A DNA stretch of 64,000 nucleotides from Myxococcales bacterium (lineage in GTDB: Bacteria > Myxococcota_A > Polyangia > Polyangiales > DASUME01): the NCBI GenBank assembly GCA_047601445.1, contig JASGJH010000001.1, positions 352,001 through 416,000 of the forward strand, read 5' to 3'. The translations under genes were made by a program, and so were the position numbers. Below are positions 53,222 to 61,710 of this stretch, one piece after another. Within the stretch, counting starts at the first letter, position 1; each line of letters starts with the position of its first letter. The notes beneath the pieces were generated by a model, which was given only the letters and a program-made list of their open reading frames with translations, ran no database searches and was not told the DNA's origin.

Positions 53222-55159
53222 ATGAAGCTGCTCGAATCGGTGCTGCGCCTCGACCCGGAACGCCTCGAAGCGTTGGCGGCGCGTTGGCACATCGTGCTCG
53301 ATCCCAAGAAGCGCCTCACCATGGCCGAACAGGTCGCACGCGGCCTGGTGCTGGTGCCGCGCTGGCTCGAGCCTGGGCGCTTGAGCGAAGGCGCGCGTGA
53401 GGCCGTCCGCTTGCTCGCGGCGGCGCCACGTGGGCTGAGTGAGGATTCCCTGCCGGGCGGTCTGCGGGATTTGCTCGAAGAAGGCTTCCTGTTTCGTGAT
53501 GCGGCCCGGCCCGAGCGGATCTGCATGCCCTCCGCCTACCGCTTGCAGCTTCCGGCATCCCCCTCCGACAGCCCGCGCGCATCGCGGCTGCTCCTGCAGG
53601 GCATCACGGAGGAAGCACGGCGCGAGCTCTGTCATCACCACCTCAAGCGTGTTCCGCCGCTACCGTGGCCCATGTTGCTCGAGCCGGTGCTGGAGCGGCT
53701 CGAAGACGCCGAATGGATCAAGCACGAGATCGCGAGCGCCAGCGAGGGCGAGCGCGCGCTCTTGTGGGCCATCGATGCCTTGGGCGGCGAGGTCAGCGGC
53801 GAGGAGGTGCTCGAGCTCGAGCGTGAGCCGGTGCGCATCGCCCATGGTGGCAGCGTCCAGGTCCCGCGCCGCAGCGCGATCTACGGGTTGGCCCGGCGTG
53901 GACTGGTGCTCACGCGCAAAGAGGGCTGGGTGGTGCCCGACGAGGTGGAGCGCGTGGTCGGGCGGGAGCGCCGCAAGCGCGCGGGCATCGAGCGTCAACG
54001 CCTGCTGATGAGTCGCCACACGCAGGAGCTGACGCCGGCGCGCGCCGTGCTGGCGGAGCCCGCGGGGCCCCTGGCGGTGGCCTTGATGGCGAACCTGGCC
54101 TCGGCCTCGGAGCTGCCCAGCGAGGGGCGCGGGCTTTCCAAGGGGGCCGTGCGGCGCGCCGCCCACGACTTCCATGTGGACTCGGAGCGCGCGGAGCTGC
54201 TCCTGTGCTTGGCTCGTGCGGACGGGCTCTTCAGCGCCCGCACCAGCATCCGCTCGGCGTCGGAGCGGCTAGCCAACGCCTGGCGCCGCGGAGGGGCCTG
54301 GGACGAAGCAGCGCTCGAGCCGGACCTGTTTCGGCCCGGGCAGCGTGCCACCTGTCGCGCGACCTCGTTGATTCGCGAAGCTCTGCTCGACACGCTGCTG
54401 CTGGTCGCGCCCGGTGAGTTCGCCCTCAGCTCGGACATCGAGGCCGTCACCTGCGCCGACCGTCGGGCACTCTCGGCGCAACGCGCCCTGGCACTCGCGG
54501 CGCGCACCGGCCAGGAGATGCGTGACGGCGTGCTGGACGTCGTGCGCGTGCTGCTGGAGCGCTCGCTGCTCTGGCTCGGTTTGGTGGACCGCGGCCAGGT
54601 GGAGCAGGGCCCGGTGGTGCGCCTGTCGACGGACGCCAGGCGCTGGCTCGAACGGGCGCCGGGCGGGCAGGAATCACGGGATGAGGCACCCGAGGGCCAC
54701 GCCGAATTTCGCGACGACCTACGCTTGGTCGCGGGCTTCTCTTGCGACGTGGGGGCGCTCATCGAGACGGCTCGCTACGGCAGCGTATGGCTCGAGGAGC
54801 GCGGCATCGGGATCGCGTTCGGAGAGTCGTCGCTCGCGCACGCAGCCGACCATGATCCTGATTTGGCAGGCTTGCGCGCGGGCCTCGAAGCGCTCGGAGC
54901 GCAGAACTTGCCGGCCAAGCTTTCGGCGTCGATCCAACACGCGAGCGAACAACGGCCCATGTGCACCTTCATTCGCGCCTCTGCGTTCGTCGAAATTGAC
55001 GACCCTGCATTGCGCGATGCGGTCTACCAAGATCCAGACGGTGCTGGCTTGTGGGCTGGATCACCTCTGGCCAACGGATTGCTCGTAAAACCCGGGGCCA
55101 GCGCGAGTCGCGTCCATGAGCTTCTCACTCGGCATGGTGCGCGGCTTTACACCGATTAG
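53222..55159 (+). CDS. Hypothetical protein, possibly of the XPB helicase-associated (Helicase_C_3-like) type
   Basis: 645-aa ORF with winged-helix-like segments and WLGLV..G..VRLS..RRWL; family call is tentative. Confidence 0.55.
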   Translation: MKLLESVLRLDPERLEALAARWHIVLDPKKRLTMAEQVARGLVLVPRWLEPGRLSEGAREAVRLLAAAPRGLSEDSLPGGLRDLLEEGFLFRDAARPERICMPSAYRLQLPASPSDSPRASRLLLQGITEEARRELCHHHLKRVPPLPWPMLLEPVLERLEDAEWIKHEIASASEGERALLWAIDALGGEVSGEEVLELEREPVRIAHGGSVQVPRRSAIYGLARRGLVLTRKEGWVVPDEVERVVGRERRKRAGIERQRLLMSRHTQELTPARAVLAEPAGPLAVALMANLASASELPSEGRGLSKGAVRRAAHDFHVDSERAELLLCLARADGLFSARTSIRSASERLANAWRRGGAWDEAALEPDLFRPGQRATCRATSLIREALLDTLLLVAPGEFALSSDIEAVTCADRRALSAQRALALAARTGQEMRDGVLDVVRVLLERSLLWLGLVDRGQVEQGPVVRLSTDARRWLERAPGGQESRDEAPEGHAEFRDDLRLVAGFSCDVGALIETARYGSVWLEERGIGIAFGESSLAHAADHDPDLAGLRAGLEALGAQNLPAKLSASIQHASEQRPMCTFIRASAFVEIDDPALRDAVYQDPDGAGLWAGSPLANGLLVKPGASASRVHELLTRHGARLYTD

Positions 55160-55205
55160 GGAGCCTATCCCCCCGAACACACTGCCACGAACCCGCACGG
55201 GCCTG

Positions 55206-55233
55206 TTGACTCAAACGGGCTTTTGCATACCCT
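55206..55233 (+). promoter_or_regulatory. Putative sigma-70 promoter of the cold-shock gene
   Basis: TTGACT-N16-TACCCT. Confidence 0.45.
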
Positions 55234-55272
55234 GGCTTTGGCCCCAGGGGGGCAGTTTAGTGGGAGGGGAAC

Positions 55273-55479
55273 ATGGCCGTAGGCACTGTGAAGTGGTTCA
55301 ACGACTCGAAGGGTTTTGGCTTCATCAAGCTCGAGTCGGACGCGTCGGACGTCTTCGTTCACTACAGTCAGATTCAGGGCGATGGGTTCCGGACGCTGGA
55401 GGAGGGGCAGAGCGTCGAGTTCGAGCTCCGCGATGGACCCAAGGGCCGCTTCGCGCAGGCTGTCACCAAGCTCTCTTGA
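55273..55479 (+). CDS. Cold-shock protein (CspA family)
   Basis: [30 protein letters not shown]. Confidence 0.96.
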   Translation: MAVGTVKWFNDSKGFGFIKLESDASDVFVHYSQIQGDGFRTLEEGQSVEFELRDGPKGRFAQAVTKLS

Positions 55480-55543
55480 GCTGAGTACCGGCTCTTCGAC
55501 CCAACCAGGCGGGTAGTGCCACCGCCTGGGTCGAGCAACAAGA

Positions 55544-55578
55544 AAGGCCGCGCTCATCGAGCGCGGCCTTCTTCGTTT
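55544..55578. terminator. Terminator between the convergent csp and panD genes
   Basis: AAGGCCGCGCTC-ATC-GAGCGCGGCCTT 12-bp stem with T-rich and A-rich flanks; a second hairpin at 55505-55529. Confidence 0.75.
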
Positions 55579-55631
55579 CAGTGCAGCAGGGCGAGGCTCG
55601 CTTCAGCGGGCGAGCACAGAGGGCGCAGACG

Positions 55632-56036
55632 TCAGGCGACGATTTCGAGCTTGCGCGGCATCTGCGGGCCGGCGCGCTCCTGGTCGATCTCTACGATGCG
55701 GTTTTTGCTGTCCACGAACACGACCTTGGGCTCGTGCTTGCGGGCCTCTTCGACGTCCATATCGCCGAAGGTGGCGATGATGCAGAGGTCGCCGGGCTTG
55801 TTGAGGTGGGCCGCCGCGCCGTTGATGCAGATGACGCCCGAGCCGCGGGGGCCACGCAACGCATAGGTCATTAGACGGGTACCCTGGGTGACGTTCCACA
55901 CGTGGACCGCCTCGTGCTCCAGGATGTCGGCCGCCTCCATGAGGTCGGTGTCGATGGTGACGCTGCCTTCGTACTCAAGGTCCGCATGGGTGATGGTCGC
56001 CCGGTGGATCTTGGACAGGAACATCTGCTTTCGCAT
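55632..56036 (-). CDS. panD: Aspartate 1-decarboxylase
   Basis: [17 protein letters not shown] (G|S autocleavage), NGAAAH; GAGGAG RBS. Confidence 0.96.
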   Translation of the reverse strand: MRKQMFLSKIHRATITHADLEYEGSVTIDTDLMEAADILEHEAVHVWNVTQGTRLMTYALRGPRGSGVICINGAAAHLNKPGDLCIIATFGDMDVEEARKHEPKVVFVDSKNRIVEIDQERAGPQMPRKLEIVA

Positions 56037-56049
56037 CGGTACTTCTCCT

Positions 56050-56086
56050 CTCCGTGGCGTCCCATCGTGGATGGGTACACCCGGAA
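56050..56086 (-). ncRNA. pan-motif-like leader RNA upstream of panD
   Basis: Minus strand UCCG-G-GUGU-A-CCCAUC-CAC-GAUGGG-ACGC-C-A-CGGA: one stem with a bulged A on each side, abutting the RBS. Confidence 0.7.
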
Positions 56087-56327
56087 GCCTGTGCACCTGG
56101 ATCTAGAAAATCGCGCGCTCTGATTACTGGTATGTGGGCGGGAAGGCAACCGTTTTTGGGACGGCCTATCCGGCCACTCACATTGCTATAGCGTAGCGAG
56201 ACGATTACTGGACTGCAACGGGGTCCCGTGGGGTAGCGGGGCCCACACCTGACTAGCCCGGGGGAGCTAGAACGGGCGCGTTAGACGAGTCGTTTCTGAC
56301 GTTTAGCGAGCAATCCGCCAGTCGGTC

Positions 56328-57431
56328 TCAGAGCAGGGCGGCGCACGGCGCCGAGATGTCGACCGGGTGGATCTTGCCGTCTTGGACACCTTTGCAGGTG
56401 TCGCCGTTCAGCTTGACGATGTTCTTGTCGAGCGACCACCCGTTGCTGTCCCCGGCCGCCACGTCCTGCCCGTCGATGTTCACGGTCACGGCGCTGGGGT
56501 CCTGGGGCTCGCCGATCAGCGAGAACTGGCAGGGCGTCGTCGCGCCCGAAATCGCGCGCAGGGCATCCTCGAGCTCCTTGCCGTTGGTGACCGGGATGTA
56601 CTTCTTCGTGCCGCCCCGCATCGCGAAGCCGTCCATCGTGGCGGCTGCCGTGGTGACGTCGTAGCCGACCACGAAGGTCTTGATGTCGGCCTTGAGGAGG
56701 GCGTCGATGGCGGCGTTGGTCATGTCCACGGCGCCCTGGGTGCTCACGGCTTCCTCGCCGGCGCCACCGCCGCAGGTCGGCTCGCCGTCGGTCACGAGCA
56801 ACACGTAGCCAGGCGCGAGGAACGAGTCGACGTCGTTGGGGCGCGCGTTGAAGATGGCGAGGGCCTGCTTCAGTGCGCCGGCCGTGGGCGTATACGAGAG
56901 GTTCAGCAGGCTGCCCGGAGGATTGGCGTCGAGGGCCGAGCCGATCTTGCCGCTGGTCTTGGGGCCGATCGGGACTTCAGGCTTGGTCGGCACGTTGCAG
57001 CCGTTGCTCTTGCTGTCGGGGAACAGCAGCATGCCGAAGTTCACCACTTCATCGAGTCCCTTGGTGGCGGACTTGAGCGCCATCACCGAAGGATCCCAGC
57101 GCACGGTGCCGAGGCTCCCGCTGAGCGACAGGCCCGACATGCTGGAGGAGCGATCCTGGACGATGAGGATGTCCGGGGGAATCGGCTGCGCCTTCACGAT
57201 GAGGCCATCGCAGCCGTTCATGTGCTCGGTGCTGTCTCCGTCGCCGCTTCCCACGTCGCCGTCGCCGCTTCCATCGTCACCGTCACCGTCGCCATCGCCG
57301 TCACCATCGCCATCACCATCACCTTCACCGGTGCCGGGCTGTTGGGAGCCGTACGTGCTCGGCGGTTCACTGCTGCAAGCCGTTAGAGCGAGACCCATGA
57401 GCAAGGACAAGAACGCTGGGGAGCGGAGCAT
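56328..57431 (-). CDS. VWA-domain lipoprotein with GD-repeat linker
   Basis: Lipobox LTAC; (GD)n tract; MIDAS residues DRSSSM, TPT, VTDG; start trimmed to the ATG at 57431. Confidence 0.87.
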   Translation of the reverse strand: MLRSPAFLSLLMGLALTACSSEPPSTYGSQQPGTGEGDGDGDGDGDGDGDGDDGSGDGDVGSGDGDSTEHMNGCDGLIVKAQPIPPDILIVQDRSSSMSGLSLSGSLGTVRWDPSVMALKSATKGLDEVVNFGMLLFPDSKSNGCNVPTKPEVPIGPKTSGKIGSALDANPPGSLLNLSYTPTAGALKQALAIFNARPNDVDSFLAPGYVLLVTDGEPTCGGGAGEEAVSTQGAVDMTNAAIDALLKADIKTFVVGYDVTTAAATMDGFAMRGGTKKYIPVTNGKELEDALRAISGATTPCQFSLIGEPQDPSAVTVNIDGQDVAAGDSNGWSLDKNIVKLNGDTCKGVQDGKIHPVDISAPCAALL

Positions 57432-57783
57432 CGGACACCTCATTCCAAGCAAAGCGTGGGCCGGAAGCAGCCGCAGACGGACACCTTCAGTGACCGCCGC
57501 GAACCCTTTGAATGACGGCCAGACCGCTTCCTGATGCTCGCTAGCTATCACGAGGGTTCGGGCCGACGCCTCAGAAATGCTGTGAACTTGTGCGCAGAAC
57601 TCTCAAATTGAGCCCTGCGGAGAAGCTTCGTGCGTCCGCGGACGCAGCTTGCGTGTAGTTTCGCAACCGCGTGAAAGTGGGCTTCGTGCGGGCAGCGGTG
57701 AGCTGCGGATCAAGGCCCTGATTTCGAGCGTCAATCGAGGTGGACGCCTGCAAAGCGAAGTTCCTCGCGAGAGGAACCGAACG

Positions 57784-58017
57784 TCAGTGGGCGGCGACCA
57801 CGGCGGGCGCGACGGGTGCGACCCGCACACGCTCCTCACGTACGAGCTGCAGCATCGACTCCTGCTCCATGATGCCCGCGTCGAGTAGCGCCGCCATGTA
57901 GCCGTCGGCATAGCCGTGGGCGCGCGAGAGCTTTGCGTATGCTCCGCCTTCGAAGCGCGCGGTGACTACGGCGCGCAGTAGGCGACGCAGGGTATTCATG
58001 AGTTCCTCTTTCGCCAT
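57784..58017 (-). CDS. Small hypothetical protein
   Basis: 77 aa; GAGGAG RBS; AHGYADGYM motif. Confidence 0.7.
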   Translation of the reverse strand: MAKEELMNTLRRLLRAVVTARFEGGAYAKLSRAHGYADGYMAALLDAGIMEQESMLQLVREERVRVAPVAPAVVAAH

Positions 58018-58144
58018 GATCGTTGCTCCTCGAGCCCGGGGTCGCGGAGCGCTTCAGGGCGTGCTCGGCGCGCAGGTCGTTGGCTTGTTTTCGAGGAACT
58101 GTCGATCTTCGTCAAAAAAGCTGTATACCTTGCCCTACATCCAG

Positions 58145-58227
58145 GCCGGGGTGGCGAAATGGCAAACGCGGGCGACTTAAAATCGCCGGCCGGCGACGGC
58201 ATGCGGGTTCGAGTCCCGCCCTCGGCA
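58145..58227 (+). tRNA. tRNA-Leu (anticodon TAA), long variable arm, CCA not encoded
   Basis: GCCGGGG/CCTCGGC acceptor stem; GGCGA-CTTAAAA-TCGCC anticodon arm; GTTCGAGTC T-loop. Confidence 0.95.
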
Positions 58228-58308
58228 CTCAATCCTTACGCACCCCACCGCGGAAAAGCGGGCCTTGGTCGTTGGCCACCAGTTATCAGGTCAGACCGGG
58301 GCCTGCGG

Positions 58309-59184
58309 TTACGCGCCTTCGACGGGCAGGTAGCGACTCACCAGCAAGCTCAGCTTCTCACGGGCCTGGGGGCTGACGCGGTTGCGATCGGTGATGAGCG
58401 CGTGCGCTAAGGCGTTGCTCGCGGGGCTCGTGCTGGGGTCGGGCCAGGCTTCGATGCTCGCCAGGATGCGCCGGGCCGTGGCGACGTTGCGTTGCATGAC
58501 TTCGACCACGTGGGCCACGGAGACGTCGGCCTCCTCCTCGTGCCAGCAGTCGAAGTCCGTGACCAGGGCCAGGCTTGCGTAGGGCAGCTCGGCTTCTCGG
58601 GCGAGGCGTGCTTCGGGTAGGTTGGTCATGCCGATCACGTGGGCCCCCCAGCTGCGATAGAGCATGGACTCGGCTCGCGTGGAGAACTGCGGACCCTCCA
58701 TGCACACGTAGGTCCCGCCGCGGTGCACCCGGGCCCCGGCGCGCTCGCCGGCCTGGGCGAGGCAATCGCTGAGGGCCGGGTCCGTGGGATCGGCCAGGCT
58801 GACGTGGGCGACCAGGCCGTCGTCCTCGAAAAAGGTGTCGGTGCGGCTCTTGGTGCGGTCGATGTACTGGTCCACCGCCACCAGGTCACCCGGTCGCATG
58901 TGCTCCTGGAGCGAGCCCACCGCCGAGATGCTCACCAGCTGCTGGGCGCCGACCAGCTTGAGCGCATAGATGTTGGCCCGATAGTTGATGCGATGGGGCG
59001 GGATCAGGTGGCCCCGGCCGTGGCGCGGCATGAAGTAGAAGCGGGTATCGCCGAGCGTCCCCATGACGACCTGGTCGGAAGCGTCCCCGAACGGGGTGCG
59101 CACGTATTGCTCGCGCACGTCCGTCAGGCCTTCCATCGCATAGAGCCCGCTGCCACCGATCACGCCGATGTGGTGCTTGGTCAC
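58309..59184 (-). CDS. mtnP: S-methyl-5'-thioadenosine phosphorylase
   Basis: IGVIGGSGLY, PRHGRGH, NYRANIYA, MEGPQFSTRAES, IGMT, VTDFDCW. Confidence 0.93.
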   Translation of the reverse strand: MTKHHIGVIGGSGLYAMEGLTDVREQYVRTPFGDASDQVVMGTLGDTRFYFMPRHGRGHLIPPHRINYRANIYALKLVGAQQLVSISAVGSLQEHMRPGDLVAVDQYIDRTKSRTDTFFEDDGLVAHVSLADPTDPALSDCLAQAGERAGARVHRGGTYVCMEGPQFSTRAESMLYRSWGAHVIGMTNLPEARLAREAELPYASLALVTDFDCWHEEEADVSVAHVVEVMQRNVATARRILASIEAWPDPSTSPASNALAHALITDRNRVSPQAREKLSLLVSRYLPVEGA

Positions 59185-59211
59185 TTCGTCCCTCTCCGCT
59201 GAGTGCGGCTA

Positions 59212-59631
59212 TTATTCGCCGGCGCGCTCATACGGCATGCGCTTGATGCGCATTTTCAGGGTCTCTTCGCCCCGGAGCACCACCAGGTCCACATAGCTCC
59301 CCACCTCCCCGGTGAGCAGGTCGTGGACCTGTACCTGGGTCAGCCCGGCGGTCGGCTTGCCATCGATGGCCAGGACCCGGTCGTCCGGGAGGAGGCCCGC
59401 CTCGGCCGCCGTTCCGTCCGGCGGGACCTCGATCACCCGTACACCTCGGGGCGACCAGGCCAGATTGGCGTGAATTCCGCCGGCCCAGTTGGGTCTGCCA
59501 CAGGCGGCGAGGATCGCCCACAAGGCCAGGGTGAAAGCCGCGGGCCAGACCGAGTATTTTCTCGGCGCAGAAGCATTTTCTTCGGCTGGCTCGCGGTTTC
59601 GATTCCGAGATGGGAGGGAGGAAGGCTGCAT
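59212..59631 (-). CDS. PDZ-domain lipoprotein
   Basis: LAAC lipobox; VIEVPPDGTAAEAGLLPDDRVLAIDG. Confidence 0.82.
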   Translation of the reverse strand: MQPSSLPSRNRNREPAEENASAPRKYSVWPAAFTLALWAILAACGRPNWAGGIHANLAWSPRGVRVIEVPPDGTAAEAGLLPDDRVLAIDGKPTAGLTQVQVHDLLTGEVGSYVDLVVLRGEETLKMRIKRMPYERAGE

Positions 59632-59680
59632 GGCGGCTAAGTGTGCGTGGACGCAAAAGGATGCGGTATGACGCTGAACG

Positions 59681-59708
59681 TTGACACCCCAACCCTGTTC
59701 TGTACCAT
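59681..59708 (+). promoter_or_regulatory. Putative sigma-70 promoter
   Basis: TTGACA-N16-TACCAT, 50 nt upstream of the FHA gene. Confidence 0.6.
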
Positions 59709-59758
59709 CGTTGTTACTGTTCAGCCCCCCCTAGGGGAGAGTCGGATCGCCGCGACCG

Positions 59759-61465
59759 ATGTACAAGCTCGTCATCTCTGACGACGAAGGGAAAACCATC
59801 ATCGTTCCCCTCGTCCGCGACCTGATCACGGTCGGCAGACAAGATGGGAACACGATTCGCTTGACCGAGCGCAACGTGTCGCGTCAGCACGCGCGCCTCG
59901 TTAAGTCGGAGTCCGGCTATCGCATCGAAGATCTCGAGTCCTACAACGGCGTGAGCATCAACGGCTCACGCATCGCGAAGGCTCACGAGTTGAAGGATGG
60001 CGATCGGGTCGGCATCGGTGACTACGTCATCGCGCTCAAGGCCGAAGCCGATCTCGCCGTGGAGACGCCGCCGGTCCCCGCGCGGCCCTCGGCGCCCGCC
60101 GGGGTGGTCAACTCACCCCCGGCGCGCCTGGTGATGGTTTCCGCACCGGCGCCAGGCGCCGAGTTCTCCATCGCCAAGGCCCTGGTTCGAATCGGCCGGC
60201 TCGAGGAGCTCGATCTCTGCATCAGCCATCGTTCCATCTCGCGTGAGCACGCGCGGGTGACCCAGAAGGAAGGCAGCTTCGAGATCGAGGATCTCCAGAG
60301 TGCCAACGGCGTCCGGGTCAACGGCAGCAGCGTCAAGCGCAGCGCGCTGCGCTCGGGAGACGTGGTCGAGCTCGGCCAAGTCCGCTTCCGCTTCGTGGGG
60401 TCGGGCGAGGCCTACACCTTCGATCCAGCCGAAGAAGAGCAGATTGCCGCGCCCCAGGCGCGTGGCCTCGGACCCGAGAAGCGCACGGTCGCCGTCATCG
60501 TCGTGACCGCAGCGGTGGTCGGTGGAGCGCTGGCCTGGCTCGGGGAGGGTGGCCGACAGGCCGGGGCAGCCAACGTGGCGCAGCCCGAGACCACCACCAC
60601 ACCCGTGGAGACGATGGGCACGGCCCCGGTTCCGGCCCAACCGACGGCGGCCGCCCCTGAACAACCGGAGGCCCAGACGCAGGCCCTGCTGGCTGCGGCC
60701 CTCGAGGGGTGCCGCACCATGCTTGCCGCCGAGCGCTTCGATGATGCGCTTCGGGCCGCTCAGAGCGGGCTCACGGTTTCGCCGCGCGATGCCGATCTCA
60801 ACTCGTGCCGACTCCAGGCCGATGAGGCGCTGCGCGCGCAATCAGCCTATGAACAGGGCAAGAAGGCGCTGTCCGAGAACAAGTTGGACGATGCTTACTT
60901 CCTGTTTGCAGGCATCCCCGAGGGCAATCCTTACCGTCTCAAGCCCGACGTGACCCAGACCATGCAGCGCGTGGCCATGGGGCGCTTGAGCCAGGCGCGG
61001 AAGTCCCTGAAGAGCAATCCGGCCGAGGCGCGGCGCCTCGCGACCTCGGTGCTCGACATGTACGGACTCACCACCGCCATGGTGGACGACGCGAACCACA
61101 TCCTCGCGATTTCCGGTCGTCCCGCAGGTGCCCCTGCGGCAGCTGCCGCTCCGCGCACGGCGCGTCCTGCGACGCCCAGCACTAGCGCCGAGCCGAAGCC
61201 CACCGAGGCGGCCCCGACCACGGAGGCTGAAAGCCCCGCCAAATTGGCCCGAAATTGCCTGGCACGCGGCGATCAACGCTGCGCGGTGCGGGCGCTCGAA
61301 GGGCACGCCGAGAACTCGCAAGAGCTGGCCCTGCTCATCGAGACCTACCGAGCACTCGGTGAGACGAAGAAGGCGGTGCGCCACATGGAAAACTTTGTGG
61401 CTCGCTATCCGACAGCTCGTCAGACGCCGCAATACAAGCAGTTCATGACCAAGCACGAAGAGTGA
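59759..61465 (+). CDS. Double-FHA membrane protein with TPR-like extracytoplasmic region
   Basis: GR..VSRQHA..SYNG and GR..ISREHA..SANG FHA motifs; TM segment VAVIVVTAAVVGGALAWL. Confidence 0.9.
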   Translation: MYKLVISDDEGKTIIVPLVRDLITVGRQDGNTIRLTERNVSRQHARLVKSESGYRIEDLESYNGVSINGSRIAKAHELKDGDRVGIGDYVIALKAEADLAVETPPVPARPSAPAGVVNSPPARLVMVSAPAPGAEFSIAKALVRIGRLEELDLCISHRSISREHARVTQKEGSFEIEDLQSANGVRVNGSSVKRSALRSGDVVELGQVRFRFVGSGEAYTFDPAEEEQIAAPQARGLGPEKRTVAVIVVTAAVVGGALAWLGEGGRQAGAANVAQPETTTTPVETMGTAPVPAQPTAAAPEQPEAQTQALLAAALEGCRTMLAAERFDDALRAAQSGLTVSPRDADLNSCRLQADEALRAQSAYEQGKKALSENKLDDAYFLFAGIPEGNPYRLKPDVTQTMQRVAMGRLSQARKSLKSNPAEARRLATSVLDMYGLTTAMVDDANHILAISGRPAGAPAAAAAPRTARPATPSTSAEPKPTEAAPTTEAESPAKLARNCLARGDQRCAVRALEGHAENSQELALLIETYRALGETKKAVRHMENFVARYPTARQTPQYKQFMTKHEE

Positions 61466-61642
61466 GGCCTCGGCCCCTCTGCATGTTGAGCATGGTGCGC
61501 GTGCTCCTGGCGACCGGTCCAGCCACTGCGTGTTCGCGCGGCTCAGGTGACGAACGCCGGAAGGCCTGAAAACGGGCTGCTTCAGGACCACATCGGTGGC
61601 GTGTCTTTTCGCGTCGCAAACGAGTCCGAGCGCTCGACTTCG

Positions 61643-61671
61643 TTGACATAAGTAACATGCGTTGTTACTCA
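61643..61671 (+). promoter_or_regulatory. Putative sigma-70 promoter overlapped by an inverted repeat
   Basis: TTGACA-N17-TACTCA; AGTAACA-N5-TGTTACT at 61651-61669. Confidence 0.5.
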
Positions 61672-61710
61672 AGCTCACACTCCGTGGCTATCTCGCCAGG
61701 AAGGAAACGG

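Noticed and set aside
57631..57646. Perfect 16-bp palindrome TGCGTCCGCGGACGCA
   Set aside because: GC-rich single copy with no U-tract; no function can be supported from the sequence alone
58145..58310. tRNA-Leu as the insertion site of a genomic island
   Set aside because: No adjacent integrase, no duplicated tRNA 3' end seen, and housekeeping mtnP follows directly
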